Part shown: piece after piece, positions 41,151 to 55,757 of the stretch
Numbering within the stretch: the stretch's first letter is position 1
Layout: each line of letters opens with the position of its first letter
Source of the DNA: an uncultured Bryocella sp.
Lineage (GTDB): Bacteria; Acidobacteriota; Terriglobia; Terriglobales; Acidobacteriaceae
Reading direction: 5' to 3'
Assembly (NCBI GenBank): GCA_964236545.1
Contig: CAXSCE010000021.1
Location: 5,121-69,120 of the forward strand
DNA length: 64,000 bases
Program-made: the position numbers and the translations under genes
Notes under the pieces: generated by a model
Databases searched by the model: none
Told to the model about the DNA's origin: nothing
The model's input: the letters and a program-made list of their open reading frames with translations, nothing else

Positions 41151-42338
41151 TCAGCCCCCACCGCTGTAGAAATCAGCGATAGCATTCACCACGGTCTCCA
41201 CCTCATCCTCCCGCAACTCCGGAAAGATTGGCAGCGCCAGAACCTCGCCGGCCGCTCGCTCGGCCTCCGGAAATTCGCCGGATCGGTAGCCGAGCGGCAG
41301 GAGGCTCTCCTGCAGATGCAGCGGCAGGGGATAGTACACCTCAGTGCCGATGCCGCGCCCGGTGAGCGACGCCCGCAGAGCCTCCCGCCGAGAAACTCGC
41401 AGAACGTACTGGTGAAAGACGGGTTCGGCGCGTTGATCCACAAAGGGCAACACCACGCCGGACTCCACCGAAGCCGCGACCAACCCGGCCGCCGTGAACT
41501 TTGCGTCGTACATAGCCGCGAGCTCACGGCGTTTGGCATTGCCCGGCGGCAGGCGTCGCAGCTTCACCTCTAGAACCGCCGCCTGAATGCCGTCCAGCCG
41601 CGAATTCCAGCCAATTTCTTCGTGGTAATACCGGCGGCGCATGCCATGGTTGCGCAGCGAGCGTGCGCGTTCCCCGACAGCCTCGTCCCGCGTGGTCACC
41701 AGACCCGCATCGCCAAAGGCGCTGAGATTCTTCGTGGGATAGAAGCTGAAGGCGGCCGTGTCTCCCAGCGAGCCCGCAGGCCGGCCGTTCCAGCGGGCGC
41801 CGAAGGCCTGCGCCGCGTCCTCAATTATCCGTAGATTGTGGCGGGCCGCCAATGCGCCCAGGCCATCCATGTCCGCCGCCTGTCCGTAGAGGTGCACCGG
41901 CAGCACGGCCTTCACGGCAAGATGCCGCGCCGCGGCTTGTCTCAGCGTGTCTTCCACCGCCTCGGGGGAAAGATTGAACGTGCGCTCGTCGATATCGGCC
42001 AGCAGCGGCGTAGCCCCCACCCGCAGAATGGCGCTGACGGTCGCAAAGAAGCTGAACGGGGTCGTGATCACCGCATCGCCGGGGCCGATACCGAGCGCCG
42101 CCATGGCCAGCCAAAGGGCATCGGTGCCGCTCGCGCAGCCGACGCCCGCGGCCGCTCCGCACGTTGCCGCCGCGGCCGCCTCAAACCGCGCGGCTGCTGG
42201 TCCCAGGATGAAGTGCTGGCCGTCGCACACCGCAGCGATGGCTTCGAGCACCTCCTCCCGGATCGCCGCATACTCGCGGCTAAGGTCAAGCAGTGGCACA
42301 GAGAGTTGGCCGGGAAGGGAAGCGGTCGCCATCCCCAC
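41151..42338 (-). CDS. DegT/DnrJ/EryC1/StrS family sugar aminotransferase
   Basis: [47 protein letters not shown]. Confidence 0.93.
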   Translation of the reverse strand: MGMATASLPGQLSVPLLDLSREYAAIREEVLEAIAAVCDGQHFILGPAAARFEAAAAATCGAAAGVGCASGTDALWLAMAALGIGPGDAVITTPFSFFATVSAILRVGATPLLADIDERTFNLSPEAVEDTLRQAAARHLAVKAVLPVHLYGQAADMDGLGALAARHNLRIIEDAAQAFGARWNGRPAGSLGDTAAFSFYPTKNLSAFGDAGLVTTRDEAVGERARSLRNHGMRRRYYHEEIGWNSRLDGIQAAVLEVKLRRLPPGNAKRRELAAMYDAKFTAAGLVAASVESGVVLPFVDQRAEPVFHQYVLRVSRREALRASLTGRGIGTEVYYPLPLHLQESLLPLGYRSGEFPEAERAAGEVLALPIFPELREDEVETVVNAIADFYSGGG

Positions 42339-42550
42339 AGAATATCTTGAGAGCTCGAAGCGTTTTGTGTGCGTCCGGCCTCAGGGAGAAAGTGCAGGGG
42401 AAGGGAGGCAGGGCTTCTGCCGCCCCTGGCTTGTGCCTCCCTGAGAAAATCTGTAGGGTGGTGTCGGCGAGGCGAGCATTTTTGCATGGATGTAACCCAG
42501 CATCTTTCCTTCGGGAACGGCCCGCAATAGCAGAACAGGAGATCGGCCAT

Positions 42551-42847
42551 ATGGACATCAAGCCGGCGCAGAACATCCAGGACACGTTTCTGAATACGGT
42601 CCGTAAAGACAAGAGTCCCATCACGATCTACCTGGTAAGCGGCGTCAAGCTGACCGGCAAGATCCGCTCCTTCGACAAGTACTCCGTGCTGCTTGAAAAC
42701 AACGCTCAGGAGCAACTGATCTTTAAACATGCCATCTCCACCGTGGTGAGCGGGCGCCTGCCCCACAGCGAGGGCCGCCCTGAACCACGGCTGAGCGCGG
42801 CGGAGAACGGTATCCCTGCCGCGGCCAGCACTCCGGCGGTACGGTAG
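42551..42847 (+). CDS. hfq: RNA chaperone Hfq
   Basis: [32 protein letters not shown]. Confidence 0.97.
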   Translation: MDIKPAQNIQDTFLNTVRKDKSPITIYLVSGVKLTGKIRSFDKYSVLLENNAQEQLIFKHAISTVVSGRLPHSEGRPEPRLSAAENGIPAAASTPAVR

Positions 42848-42861
42848 AGCGTTCCGGCCGG

Positions 42862-44346
42862 ATGCAGGGGCGGGAACACCCATTGGGGCAACCTGCGCTG
42901 GAGGGGCAGACGCTTCTTCAGTCACGGCGTCACGCCTCGGGTGAGCGCGCGGTGTTGGTAGCTGTTGACTTTACAGGGCTGCGGCCCTCGCCTCCACCCG
43001 CTGCGTTGCAGGCCCGTCGCGCCGCGCAAATCAGCCTGGCTGAATCCACAAACCACTCGCTCCTCGCCGAGCCCCCCGGCGAACTCACGCCGCGCTCGTC
43101 TGCGGGAAGCCTCGACATGGACTTTGACGCTTCCCTGGCCGAATTTCAGGAGCTTGCCCGCTCTGCCGGCGCCGACATTGCCGCGCTTCTGATCCAGCGA
43201 CGTGCCAAGCCCGATCCGGCCACACTGATCGGCGGCGGCAAACTGGCGGAGGTAGAGGCCACGGTGCGCTCCACCTCCGCCAGTCTGGTCCTCTTTGACC
43301 ACGATCTGTCGCCGTCGCAGCTGCGCAACCTGGAGGATCGCCTGCCCTGCCGCGTGATCGACCGCACGCAGCTGATCCTGGACATCTTCGCCCGCCACGC
43401 CCGCACCCGCGAAGGCCAGCTCCAGGTCGAGCTCGCCCAGTTGGACTACCAGCTTCCGCGGCTCAGCGGGCGCGGCCGGGCGATGTCGCAGACCGGCGGC
43501 GGCATTGGCACGCGTGGCCCGGGCGAAACGCAGCTTGAAACCGATCGTCGCAAGATTCGCCTGCGCATCAGCCGGATCGAGGGGCAGCTGGAAGCCGTGC
43601 GCCGTATTCGGCGGCAGCAGCGTGGCCGCCGCGAGGCCGTCCCCGTGCCGACCGTTGCCCTGGTCGGCTATACCAATGCCGGCAAGTCCACGCTCTTCAA
43701 CGCCCTCACCGGCGCCGGGGTCGTGGAATCGGAGCGGATGTTCGCCACGCTGGATCCCAAGCTCCGTCAGCTCACCTTGCCGTCCCGCCGCCGCGTTCTG
43801 CTGGCCGATACCGTGGGATTTGTGCGCAATCTGCCCCATGCCCTCGTCACCAGCTTTCGCGCGACGCTGGAAGAGGTTGAACGCGCCGAGCTCCTGATCC
43901 ATGTCCGGGACGCCGCCAGCCCTACGCTGGAGGAGCAGAAAGGTCAGGTCGAAGCCGTGCTTGCCGAACTGGAAGTGCGCGAAACGGCCACACTGCAGGT
44001 GCTGAACAAGGCGGATCTGCTGCCGGGGGGCACGCCGGTTGCCGCAGGCGAGCTGCTGGTCTCAGCGCGTACCGGCGCGGGACTCGGAGCCCTGCTGGCG
44101 GCCATGGATGAAGCGCTTACCGCCGATCCGCTGACCGAAGCCGATTTCCGCATTCCGCAGGCGGACGGTCGGGTGCTGGCGGCCCTGGAGCGCGGCGCGA
44201 CCCTGTCCGGCCAGCGTTTCGTCGGCAATCTGCTCTACGTGCATGCCGTCGGCCCGGCCTCCCTCATCGGCCGCTACCAGCGCTACCAGCTTCGCAATCC
44301 AACAGACGGGCCGCCGCCGGTGCCCGAAGCCGACCTTACGCCATAG
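42862..44346 (+). CDS. hflX: Ribosome-splitting GTPase HflX
   Basis: [39 protein letters not shown]; directly follows hfq. Confidence 0.96.
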   Translation: MQGREHPLGQPALEGQTLLQSRRHASGERAVLVAVDFTGLRPSPPPAALQARRAAQISLAESTNHSLLAEPPGELTPRSSAGSLDMDFDASLAEFQELARSAGADIAALLIQRRAKPDPATLIGGGKLAEVEATVRSTSASLVLFDHDLSPSQLRNLEDRLPCRVIDRTQLILDIFARHARTREGQLQVELAQLDYQLPRLSGRGRAMSQTGGGIGTRGPGETQLETDRRKIRLRISRIEGQLEAVRRIRRQQRGRREAVPVPTVALVGYTNAGKSTLFNALTGAGVVESERMFATLDPKLRQLTLPSRRRVLLADTVGFVRNLPHALVTSFRATLEEVERAELLIHVRDAASPTLEEQKGQVEAVLAELEVRETATLQVLNKADLLPGGTPVAAGELLVSARTGAGLGALLAAMDEALTADPLTEADFRIPQADGRVLAALERGATLSGQRFVGNLLYVHAVGPASLIGRYQRYQLRNPTDGPPPVPEADLTP

Positions 44347-44435
44347 CGAAGTAGATCCTTTGAAAAGAAGTGGTTCCCCTTTCCGCGGCGGCGACGACAC
44401 CGTTGATGGGAATTACGCCATCCCACAGCTTTGCT

Positions 44436-44465
44436 TTGACTCCCCCTTCCCAGCTTTGCTACAAA
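44436..44465 (+). promoter_or_regulatory. Possible sigma70-type promoter for the atp genes
   Basis: TTGACT-N18-TACAAA about 95 nt upstream of atpF'; motif match only. Confidence 0.3.
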
Positions 44466-44559
44466 GAGATGAGACAAAAGTGTTTAGATCAAGCGAACAG
44501 CTGACGGCTCGCCGCCGGCAACCGCCTTCGTCACGCCGTTTGGCTCCAATAGCAGGTTC

Positions 44560-45024
44560 ATGGAAATTCTCAACCAACTGGGTTCACTGATCCTCGGCTC
44601 CGTGCCGACGATCATCCTGTTTATCCTCCTTGTGGTCGCCTATGACCTCCTGGTCCGCCGGCCGATGGAGCGCACCCTGGAGGAGCGTCGCGTCCGCACG
44701 TCGGGCGCGCTGGAGCAGGCGCGCGGTGCCATTGCGGCTGCCGAAGCTGAAACCGCCGTCTATGAAGATAAGTTACGGGGCGCCCGCGCTGATCTGCTCG
44801 CCGAGCGAGCCCGCCGGCTGAAAGAGCGGCAGGTCGAGCGTGAACGTACCCTGGCCATTGCCCGCGAGCAGGCAGCCGGGCGTGTTCGCGTGGCTACCGG
44901 CGACATCGAACGCTCGGCGGCTGAAGCGCGTCAGCAACTGGAAGCCTCCGTCGCCGAACTTGGGGAACGGATCGTGCAGGCTCTGCTTCCGTCGGGCATG
45001 GCAGGCAGTGGGGTGCAACGGTGA
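44560..45024 (+). CDS. atpF2: ATP synthase F0 subunit b'
   Basis: Single N-terminal TM helix plus a long Ala/Glu/Arg coiled coil; first gene of the atp cluster. Confidence 0.85.
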   Translation: MEILNQLGSLILGSVPTIILFILLVVAYDLLVRRPMERTLEERRVRTSGALEQARGAIAAAEAETAVYEDKLRGARADLLAERARRLKERQVERERTLAIAREQAAGRVRVATGDIERSAAEARQQLEASVAELGERIVQALLPSGMAGSGVQR

Positions 45025-45752
45025 TTCCTTTCCGCTTCCGGGCGCTTTCTCGGTTCACTCGTGCAGCGCTCTTTGGTCTGCTGCTAGCCAGCTGCCCGCA
45101 CCTTCCGCTGCACGCCCAGACCGACCCTGGTAACGTCGCCAGTATGGGGGAGCGCTCCACCCCGATGAGTGCCTCGCCTGAGAAGCGAGAGCAGGAGGTG
45201 GATGAGGATGATGCCTATCGCCACTCCAAGGCCGTCGCCAAACTGGGCTCTCTGCTCGGCATGAGCGCGGATCAGGCCGCGACCGCTTTCACCGTTCTGA
45301 ATTTTCTGGTGCTTGTTGGTTTGGTGGGCTATTTTGCGCTGAAGCTATTGCCGAAGAAGTTTCGTGAGCGCAGCTCAGCCATCCAGCGGGACCTGGTGGA
45401 GGCGCGGGGCGCGACCGAAGAGGCCAGCGCTCGCCTGAACGCGATTGAAGATCGCCTGGGCCGCCTGGATGGCGAGATCGCAGCTATGCGGCAGGGCATC
45501 GAGGCTGAGACCGAACGCGAGGAGCGTAAAATGAAGGCCTCGGCAGAAGAGGAGGCGGCCAAGATCGTCGCCGCCGCGGAGACCGAGATCGCCGCCGTGA
45601 CGGCCAATGCCCGCCGTGAGTTGCAAAAGCATGCCGCGGAGCTCGCCATCCAACACGCCGCAAGCCGCCTTGTGGTGACGGCGGAAACAGATCGCCTGTT
45701 GATCCAGAGCTTTGCTCAGCGGCTGGCGGGCGAAAAGGGAGCCAGTAACTAA
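45021..45752 (+). CDS. atpF: ATP synthase F0 subunit b with an N-terminal extension
   Basis: LNFLVLVGLVGYFA...RERSSAIQRDLVEAR...; position between b' and delta. Confidence 0.85.
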   Translation: MIPFRFRALSRFTRAALFGLLLASCPHLPLHAQTDPGNVASMGERSTPMSASPEKREQEVDEDDAYRHSKAVAKLGSLLGMSADQAATAFTVLNFLVLVGLVGYFALKLLPKKFRERSSAIQRDLVEARGATEEASARLNAIEDRLGRLDGEIAAMRQGIEAETEREERKMKASAEEEAAKIVAAAETEIAAVTANARRELQKHAAELAIQHAASRLVVTAETDRLLIQSFAQRLAGEKGASN

Positions 45753-46300
45753 TGGCAGTCGTCGATCTACGCTATGCGCGCGCCCTCGACGAGGTTGTTC
45801 GCGAGAAAGGTCTGTCCCGCGACGATGTTCAGCGGCAGCTGAACGATTTTTTGCACACCTTTGCCGACAGCCGGGAGCTCCGCGAGGCGCTGGAAAATCC
45901 CTCTATTACCGAGGAGCAAAAGCTGCGGGTGCTTGATGCCATCGCCACGCGCTCGGGCATGAACTCCACCGTCCGTAATTTTCTCGCCGTGGTGGCACAT
46001 CATCTGCGCCTGGGGGAGTTGCCGGAGATCGTGGCCGCTTATCTGAAGCGGGCCGACACGACGGGCGGCGTGGCCGACGTCCAAATTACCACGGCCCGGC
46101 CTGTGGACAACGCCGAGCGCAGGGTGCTCGAGGAGAGCGTTCTGCATCTCTCAGGAGGCACCTCGGTGCGCGCCACCTTCCATGAAGATCCAGCTTTGCT
46201 GGGTGGTGCCGTGATCCGGCTCGGTTCCACCGTCTACGACGGGTCCGTCCGCGGGCAGTTGGAACAGATGCGTCAACGGATGTTGGCGGCAACCGTGTAA
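45752..46300 (+). CDS. atpH: ATP synthase F1 delta subunit
   Basis: RYARAL, LENPSI, VRNFL, DPALLGGAVIRLGSTVYDGSVRGQL. Confidence 0.95.
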   Translation: MAVVDLRYARALDEVVREKGLSRDDVQRQLNDFLHTFADSRELREALENPSITEEQKLRVLDAIATRSGMNSTVRNFLAVVAHHLRLGELPEIVAAYLKRADTTGGVADVQITTARPVDNAERRVLEESVLHLSGGTSVRATFHEDPALLGGAVIRLGSTVYDGSVRGQLEQMRQRMLAATV

Positions 46301-46384
46301 GATTTGGCCTGCCGGACCGCCAGGGCCGCGAGTACATCGCGAATACACAAAGATCTGCAGTTTTTTTGGAGCGGGAAGAGAACC

Positions 46385-47926
<1,542 letters not shown>

Positions 47927-47929
47927 GTT

Positions 47930-49027
47930 ATGGCCAACGTACTGGATCTTCGGCGACGCATCCGCAGCGTCAAGAACACGCGCCAGATCACCCGCGCGAT
48001 GAAGATGGTGTCGGCTGCCAAGCTGCGCCGGGCGCAGGACCGCGCCATGCATGCGCGGCCCTATGCGCAGATGCTGACCAATGTCCTGCTTTCCTTAGTC
48101 CGCCGCACGGATTTGTTGGATGAAACCACCGGCGAGGTACGGCACCCGCTCCTGGTGGAGCGCGAAGAAAAAAGCGTCTTGCTGGTGGTGATTGCCGGCG
48201 ACAAGGGCTTTGCCGGCGGCTTCAACTCCAATATCGGGAAGGCTGCCGCGCGTTTTATCGAGGAGCGCCGGGGTCGCGGGCAAAACATCGATCTTGAACC
48301 AGTGGGAAAGAAGGCGATTTCGATGTACAAGCGCCGCTTTCCCGCGGCGGTGTACGAGCACAAGGAAGAGCGTTATGACAACGATCTTTCCGTGCACTTT
48401 GAAGACAATCGCCGTCGAGCCGTTCAGATCGAGGTCGCGGCGGAGCATCCTGATCTGCTGCTTCGCGCCAATGTGGAAGACGTCTCCGCTATGGCGAATG
48501 CCATCATCGCCCGCTACGAAAAGGCGGAGATCGATGCGGTTTACCTGGTCTACAACGAATTTAAGTCGGTCCTGCAGCAGCGCGTCGTCACGGAGAAGCT
48601 GCTGCCGATCCGCAAGCTGGGGGAGCACGAGATCAGCGCCGCCGAGGTGATGACGGAGGAGCAGAAAGAGACCGCAGCCAAAGCCGCGGCGGACGCCGGC
48701 ATCTCGGTGAAGGAACCTGAGGAGACGGAGGTTGAGGCCGAAGCCAAGAAGTTTGGCACCGCGGATGTCGATTACCTTTACGATCAAGAGCCGGAGCGTC
48801 TGTTCCGGCATCTGATGCCGCGCTACGTCGCCACACAAATCCTGCACGCCGTGTTCGAGTCCATCGCAGCCGAGCACGCCGCCCGCATGACGGCGACCGA
48901 TGCGGCAAGCAAGAACGCGGGCGATCTGATCGATAAGCTGTCCTTGACCATGAACCGCGTACGCCAGGCGGCCATTACAAAAGAAATTATTGAGATCGTT
49001 AGCGGTGCCGCGGCGATCTCCGGTTAG
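47930..49027 (+). CDS. atpG: ATP synthase F1 gamma subunit with two internal insertions (365 aa)
   Basis: IRSVKNTRQITRAMKMVSAAKL, DKGFAGGFN, RVRQAAITKEIIEIVSGA. Confidence 0.96.
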   Translation: MANVLDLRRRIRSVKNTRQITRAMKMVSAAKLRRAQDRAMHARPYAQMLTNVLLSLVRRTDLLDETTGEVRHPLLVEREEKSVLLVVIAGDKGFAGGFNSNIGKAAARFIEERRGRGQNIDLEPVGKKAISMYKRRFPAAVYEHKEERYDNDLSVHFEDNRRRAVQIEVAAEHPDLLLRANVEDVSAMANAIIARYEKAEIDAVYLVYNEFKSVLQQRVVTEKLLPIRKLGEHEISAAEVMTEEQKETAAKAAADAGISVKEPEETEVEAEAKKFGTADVDYLYDQEPERLFRHLMPRYVATQILHAVFESIAAEHAARMTATDAASKNAGDLIDKLSLTMNRVRQAAITKEIIEIVSGAAAISG

Positions 49028-49035
49028 CCGCCTGA

Positions 49036-50532
<1,497 letters not shown>

Positions 50533-50544
50533 CCGACAGGAAGA

Positions 50545-50578
50545 GCCGTGGTCCGTGGGAGGTAACCCGGACCACGGC
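50545..50578 (+). other. Perfect 11-bp intergenic hairpin between atpD and atpC
   Basis: GCCGTGGTCCG-TGGGAGGTAACC-CGGACCACGGC; no U-tract follows. Confidence 0.6.
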
Positions 50579-50591
50579 GCGAGTGAGTGGT

Positions 50592-51035
50592 ATGGCAGAC
50601 GCAGAAAATAGGTCAGGACTGCTGCAGGTACGGCTGGTCACCCCCGATCAGGTTTTGCTCGACACTACGGCGACGGCCGTCGAACTGCCGGCGATGACCG
50701 GCTACCTGGAGGCGCTTTACGGCGCCGCTCCTCTGCTGGCGGAGCTGGGTGCCGGCGAGGTCCGTCTCTCTGGCGGCGCTTCTGGAGAGGGTGGTGGGCA
50801 GCAAACATTTTTTGTAGCCTGGGGGTTTGTCGAGGTGCTGCCCGAACGCGTTACGATCCTGGCGGAGCAGGCGCTTCGGCCCAGCGAGATCGACGTGGAC
50901 GCGGCGCATGGGGAAGAGCGGCATGCCCAGGAGCTTTGGAATGCGGCCGGCGATGACGGCGCCAAGTACGACGAGGCCAACGCGGTGTCACGCGTTGCAG
51001 AAGAGAAGCTGGCTTCCGCCGCTCACAAGGGGTAA
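50592..51035 (+). CDS. atpC: ATP synthase F1 epsilon subunit
   Basis: LQVRLVTPDQVL, GEVRL, GFVEVLPERVTILAE. Confidence 0.93.
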   Translation: MADAENRSGLLQVRLVTPDQVLLDTTATAVELPAMTGYLEALYGAAPLLAELGAGEVRLSGGASGEGGGQQTFFVAWGFVEVLPERVTILAEQALRPSEIDVDAAHGEERHAQELWNAAGDDGAKYDEANAVSRVAEEKLASAAHKG

Positions 51036-51136
51036 GCCCTTGGTCTGTCGCTCCGGCCTGCCGTCCTGAGCAGCCCAGTGCAAAGGGTGCCTCGCGTCAA
51101 CCGCCGGGTCGCGCTCGATGGCCGTATACTACAAGT

Positions 51137-51634
51137 ATGTCTATTCTTGGCAATGCAGCGGCGATCGCGAAGGGCATGGGCATCACGCTTCGCGAGACCT
51201 TTCAGCCCACCGAGGTGGAGAACTACCCTGATGGTAAAGGCCCGTTGCGCGGGGCGGTGTTTCAGGAGCGATTTCGCGGAAAGCATCAGCTGCAGCGGGA
51301 TGAGAACGGCTTGGAAAAGTGCGTCGCCTGCTACCTGTGTGCGGCGGCCTGCCCGGCTAATTGTATCTACATTGAAGCCGCGGAGAATACTGAAGAGGTA
51401 CGTGTCTCCTCGGCCGAGCGCTACGCGAAAGTCTACAACATTGACTATAACCGCTGTATTTTCTGCGGTTACTGCGTGGAAGCCTGCCCCACCGACGCGA
51501 TCACTCACGGACATGGTTTCGAGCTGGCCAGCTTAAACGCTACCAATATGGTCATGCGCAAGGAAGACCTGCTGGTACCTGTACCAACAGCGCTGCCGCA
51601 CTCGCCGCATGAAGAGGTAGAGGTATTGCGGTAA
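51137..51634 (+). CDS. nuoI: NADH-quinone oxidoreductase subunit I (2x[4Fe-4S]), isolated from other nuo genes
   Basis: RFRGKH, CVACYLCAAACP, CIFCGYCVEACPTDAI. Confidence 0.93.
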   Translation: MSILGNAAAIAKGMGITLRETFQPTEVENYPDGKGPLRGAVFQERFRGKHQLQRDENGLEKCVACYLCAAACPANCIYIEAAENTEEVRVSSAERYAKVYNIDYNRCIFCGYCVEACPTDAITHGHGFELASLNATNMVMRKEDLLVPVPTALPHSPHEEVEVLR

Positions 51635-51644
51635 GGCGCTTCGC

Positions 51645-52739
51645 ATGGCTCTCCTAACGCCCCATCCCCTGCAAGAGATCCTGAAACATCGCATCGCCAT
51701 CATCGACGGCGCCATGGGCACAACCATCCGTACCTACGGCATGGCAGAGGCGGACATTCGCCGGGGCCGCTTCGAGGACGCCGGCAAAGACCTGCTTAAC
51801 AATGGTGACCTCTTTTCGCTCACGCAGCCGAAGATGATTTGCGACATCCATCGTCGTTTCCTTGAAGCCGGCGCGGATATTATCGAGACCAATACCTTCG
51901 GCGCGACGAATATTTCACAGAGCGAGTTTTTCGTGGATGACCCGCGCGAACGGGGCGGCCGCAAAGATCCCGAGTTCTATCAGAAGATTCTCGAAGATGC
52001 GGCCCTAAACAATCTCGCTTGGGATATTAATGAGCAGTCTGCCCGGCAATGCCGTGAGTGGGCCGATCGTGTCGGCAATGACACCGGCCGGCAGCGTTTC
52101 GTCGCAGGCGCGATCGGACCGCTGACGGTTTCGCTGTCCAACTCTCCTGATGCGGACGATCCCGGCTTTCGCGTGGTGACGTTTGATCAGGTGAAGAGTG
52201 CGTACGTGCACCAGGTAAAAGCCCTGATCGCCGGCGGTTCCGACCTGCTGCTGGTGGAGACCATCTTCGATTCCCTGAACGCCAAGGCCGCGCTGGTTGC
52301 CATCCGTGAGGTCTTCGACGAGGGCGGCAGGGAATTGCCGGTGATGATTTCTGCCGCTGTGGGCCGCGGCGGCGAAACCATGATCTCCGCCCAGACCATT
52401 GAGGCATTCTGGAATGCCGTGGAGCACGTTAACCCATTGTCGATCGGGCTTAACTGCTCGCTCGGCCCGGATCTGATGTACCCCTTTCTGGCGGAGCTGT
52501 CGCAAAAAGCCGGGGTTGCCGTCTCGTGCTATCCCAATGCCGGCCTGCCCAATCCGCTGTCGCCAACTGGTTTTGACCTCGATCCCGCCGACATGGCACG
52601 TTACCTCGGCGAGTTTGCCATCGGCGGTCTGATCAACATCGCCGGCGGTTGCTGCGGGAATACACCGGAGCACATCGCGGCGATTGCCAAGGCGCTGGAC
52701 GGCCGTGATCCCCGGCCCATTCCGGAGGTGGCGGCATGA
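51645..52739 (+). CDS. metH: Cobalamin-dependent methionine synthase, stand-alone homocysteine-binding domain
   Basis: [57 protein letters not shown]. Confidence 0.93.
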   Translation: MALLTPHPLQEILKHRIAIIDGAMGTTIRTYGMAEADIRRGRFEDAGKDLLNNGDLFSLTQPKMICDIHRRFLEAGADIIETNTFGATNISQSEFFVDDPRERGGRKDPEFYQKILEDAALNNLAWDINEQSARQCREWADRVGNDTGRQRFVAGAIGPLTVSLSNSPDADDPGFRVVTFDQVKSAYVHQVKALIAGGSDLLLVETIFDSLNAKAALVAIREVFDEGGRELPVMISAAVGRGGETMISAQTIEAFWNAVEHVNPLSIGLNCSLGPDLMYPFLAELSQKAGVAVSCYPNAGLPNPLSPTGFDLDPADMARYLGEFAIGGLINIAGGCCGNTPEHIAAIAKALDGRDPRPIPEVAA

Positions 52740-55501
52740 GCGGTGCGGAACAGCAGATTCCCTTGGGAGACAGCGGTACAAAAGGCCAAAGCGAAGCGAG
52801 CGTTAAGCCGCTGCGCCTCTCGGGTTCGCAGCCGTTCACCCAACAACCGGGCATCTTCATCATGCTCGGCGAGCGCACCAACGTTGCCGGCTCTCCAAAG
52901 TTCGCCCGCCTGATTAAGGAGGGCAACTACGAAGAGGCCGTGAGCGTTGCGCGCCAGCAGGTGGAAAACGGCGCCAACGTGCTCGACATCTGCATGGACG
53001 AGGGCATGATCGACGGGGTGGCCGCCATGAGCCGCTACCTGCAACTGCTTGCCTCCGAGCCGGAAGTCGCCAAGGTGCCCTTCATGGTGGATTCATCCAA
53101 ATGGGAGGTCATCGAGGCTGGTCTGAAATGCCTGCAGGGCAAAGGCATCGTCAACTCCATCTCGCTGAAGGAAGGCGAGGAGAAGTTCCGTAGGAACGCC
53201 GCGATCGTGCGCAAGTATGGCGCCGCCGTGGTCGTGATGGCCTTCGACGAGCAGGGCCAGGCGGCCACGTACGAGGACAAGATCCGCATCTGCGGGCGTG
53301 CCTACCGCATCCTCGTCGATGAGGTCCGTTTCCCGCCCGAAGACATCATTTTCGACCCCAACATCCTCACCGTAGCCACCGGCATGGAGGAGCACAATAA
53401 CTACGCCCTCGACTTCATCAATGCCACGCGCTGGATTAAAGCCAACCTGCGCCATGCGAAGGTCTCGGGCGGGGTGTCCAACATCAGCTTCAGTTTTCGC
53501 GGCAACAACAAGGTCCGCGAGGCGATGCACTCGGCCTTTTTGTACCACGCCATCGCTGCCGGCATAGATATGGGCATCGTCAACGCCGGGATGCTCGAGG
53601 TCTACGAGGATATCGAGCCCGAGCTCAAGGTTCTAGTCGAAGACGTCCTGCTCAACCGCCGACCCGATGCCACCGAGCGCCTCGTAGACCACGGCGAAGC
53701 GCTCAAGGCCGCAGGCTCCGGCGGGACGGCCGCCGCCGAAAAGAAGGCGGAGGAGTGGCGAAACGGTACCGTGGAAGAGCGTCTCTCCTATGCCCTTGTG
53801 CGCGGCATTGACAGCTATATTGATGCGGACACCGAGGAGGCGCGCGCCAAGCTCGGCCGTCCTCTGCTCGTCATTGAAGGCCCGCTGATGTCCGGGATGA
53901 GCGTGGTTGGCGACCTGTTCGGCTCGGGCAAGATGTTTTTGCCGCAGGTGGTCAAATCCGCGCGCGTCATGAAGAAGTCGGTCGCTTACCTGACGCCATT
54001 CATGGAGGCCGAAAAGGCCGAGATGGCCGCCGCCGGCGAGGCCGTGCGCACGCAGGGCAAGATCGTGCTCGCCACCGTCAAGGGCGATGTGCACGATATC
54101 GGCAAAAATATCGTCGGCGTGGTGCTCGCGTGCAATAACTACGAGGTCATCGACATGGGCGTCATGGTGCCTGCGGAGAAGATCCTTGCCCGCGCGAAGG
54201 AAGTCAAGGCGGACATCATCGGCCTCAGCGGGCTGATCACGCCCTCGCTCGACGAGATGGTGCACGTGGCGCGCGAGATGGACCGGCAGGGTTTCAGCAT
54301 CCCCCTGCTGGTCGGCGGCGCCACTACCAGCCGCGCGCACACGGCTATCAAAATCGCCCCGCACTACCGCCAGCCCGTCATCCATGTCACCGACGCCAGC
54401 CGCGCCGTACCCGTCACCACCAGCCTGCTTAGCGATGAGGGCCGGGAGCAGTTCGTGGAGCAGCACCAAGCCGAGTATGAGGCATTACGCAAGGCCCACC
54501 AGGCGCCGAAGCAGGCTCTCACCCCGATCAAGCAGGCCCGCGCGCGCCGCACACCCATCGAGTGGCGCCCCGAGGACATCCCTGCGCCCTCCTTTACCGG
54601 CGTGCGCGTTCTCCAAGATTTCCCACTCGCCACCCTTTGCGAGTTCATTGACTGGTCGCCGCTTTTCCATGCCTGGGGCCTCAAAGGCATCTACCCGCGC
54701 ATCCTTGAGGATGAACGCCAGGGCGAACAGGCCCGCTCGGTCTTTTCCGATGCCAAGGTCATGCTCAACCGCATTGTTTCCGAGAACCTGCTCACCGCGC
54801 GCGGTGTCTACGGCCTGTTCCCGGCCAACGCCGTCGGCGATGATGTGGAGCTCTACACGGACGGAACCCGCACACAAAGCAGCGAGAAGTTCCACTTCCT
54901 TCGGCAGCAGGCCAACCGCGAAGGCGCCGAACCCTGCCGCTCGCTGGCCGACTTCATTGCGCCGAAAGAGACTGGCCTGCCCGATCACATCGGCGCTTTC
55001 GCCGTGACCACAGGCCTTGGTCTCAAGGAACTCGGCAATCACTTCAAAGCGCAACACGATGACTACAGCGCCATCATGGCTGAGGCGCTCGCCGACCGGC
55101 TGGCTGAAGCCTTTGCCGAGTGCCTGCACAAGCTGGTCCGCGACGAGTGGGGCTATGGCTGCGCGGAGGCCTTTACCCCCGTCGAACTTATCGCAGAAAA
55201 GTATCGCGGCATCCGCCCCGCGCCCGGCTATCCGGCCTGCCCTGATCACACGGAAAAGGGTACGATCTGGCGGCTGCTCGACGTGCAGGCCAACACGGGC
55301 ATGGAAATCACTGAGAGCTTCGCTATCTGGCCAGGCTCCAGCGTTAGCGGCATCTACTTCGCGCATCCGGAGTCGCGCTTTTTCTCGCTGGGTAAGATCG
55401 ATCGCGATCAGGTTGCCGACTACCAGCGCCGCAAAGGCATGCACCTCGCCGAGGTAGAGCGCTGGCTCGGGCCCAACCTGAGCTACGATCCTGAGGCTTA
55501 A
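52736..55501 (+). CDS. metH: Cobalamin-dependent methionine synthase: pterin-binding, B12-binding and reactivation domains
   Basis: [55 protein letters not shown]; ATGA overlap with the upstream half. Confidence 0.95.
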   Translation: MSGAEQQIPLGDSGTKGQSEASVKPLRLSGSQPFTQQPGIFIMLGERTNVAGSPKFARLIKEGNYEEAVSVARQQVENGANVLDICMDEGMIDGVAAMSRYLQLLASEPEVAKVPFMVDSSKWEVIEAGLKCLQGKGIVNSISLKEGEEKFRRNAAIVRKYGAAVVVMAFDEQGQAATYEDKIRICGRAYRILVDEVRFPPEDIIFDPNILTVATGMEEHNNYALDFINATRWIKANLRHAKVSGGVSNISFSFRGNNKVREAMHSAFLYHAIAAGIDMGIVNAGMLEVYEDIEPELKVLVEDVLLNRRPDATERLVDHGEALKAAGSGGTAAAEKKAEEWRNGTVEERLSYALVRGIDSYIDADTEEARAKLGRPLLVIEGPLMSGMSVVGDLFGSGKMFLPQVVKSARVMKKSVAYLTPFMEAEKAEMAAAGEAVRTQGKIVLATVKGDVHDIGKNIVGVVLACNNYEVIDMGVMVPAEKILARAKEVKADIIGLSGLITPSLDEMVHVAREMDRQGFSIPLLVGGATTSRAHTAIKIAPHYRQPVIHVTDASRAVPVTTSLLSDEGREQFVEQHQAEYEALRKAHQAPKQALTPIKQARARRTPIEWRPEDIPAPSFTGVRVLQDFPLATLCEFIDWSPLFHAWGLKGIYPRILEDERQGEQARSVFSDAKVMLNRIVSENLLTARGVYGLFPANAVGDDVELYTDGTRTQSSEKFHFLRQQANREGAEPCRSLADFIAPKETGLPDHIGAFAVTTGLGLKELGNHFKAQHDDYSAIMAEALADRLAEAFAECLHKLVRDEWGYGCAEAFTPVELIAEKYRGIRPAPGYPACPDHTEKGTIWRLLDVQANTGMEITESFAIWPGSSVSGIYFAHPESRFFSLGKIDRDQVADYQRRKGMHLAEVERWLGPNLSYDPEA

Positions 55502-55553
55502 GTTAAATCGTGAAGCCTTAGCCAAGTAGCACTCATGAGTGCAACCCCATAAG

Positions 55554-55600
55554 GTCATCTCGACCAGAGGTCGTATGACGGAGCTTAGAGACTCTGTATT
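55554..55600 (+). repeat. Degenerate REP copy (GTCATCTCGACC family), opposite orientation to the arg copies
   Basis: GTCATCTCGACCAGAGG...GGAGCTTAGAGACTCTGTATT resembles the reverse complement of 5341-5391. Confidence 0.6.
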
Positions 55601-55757
55601 TCCACAGCGCCTTCACCACTCCACGAAGCGCCCAGCCTTCGCGGCCATCGCTTTGCGCGGTGTCATCGCGAAACAAGCAACGTAACAACCCGATCAAAGC
55701 TCGCGCCGAGCCACGTTCTGACACAGCGCATCACAAGCTGACATTACGAGGTTCACG

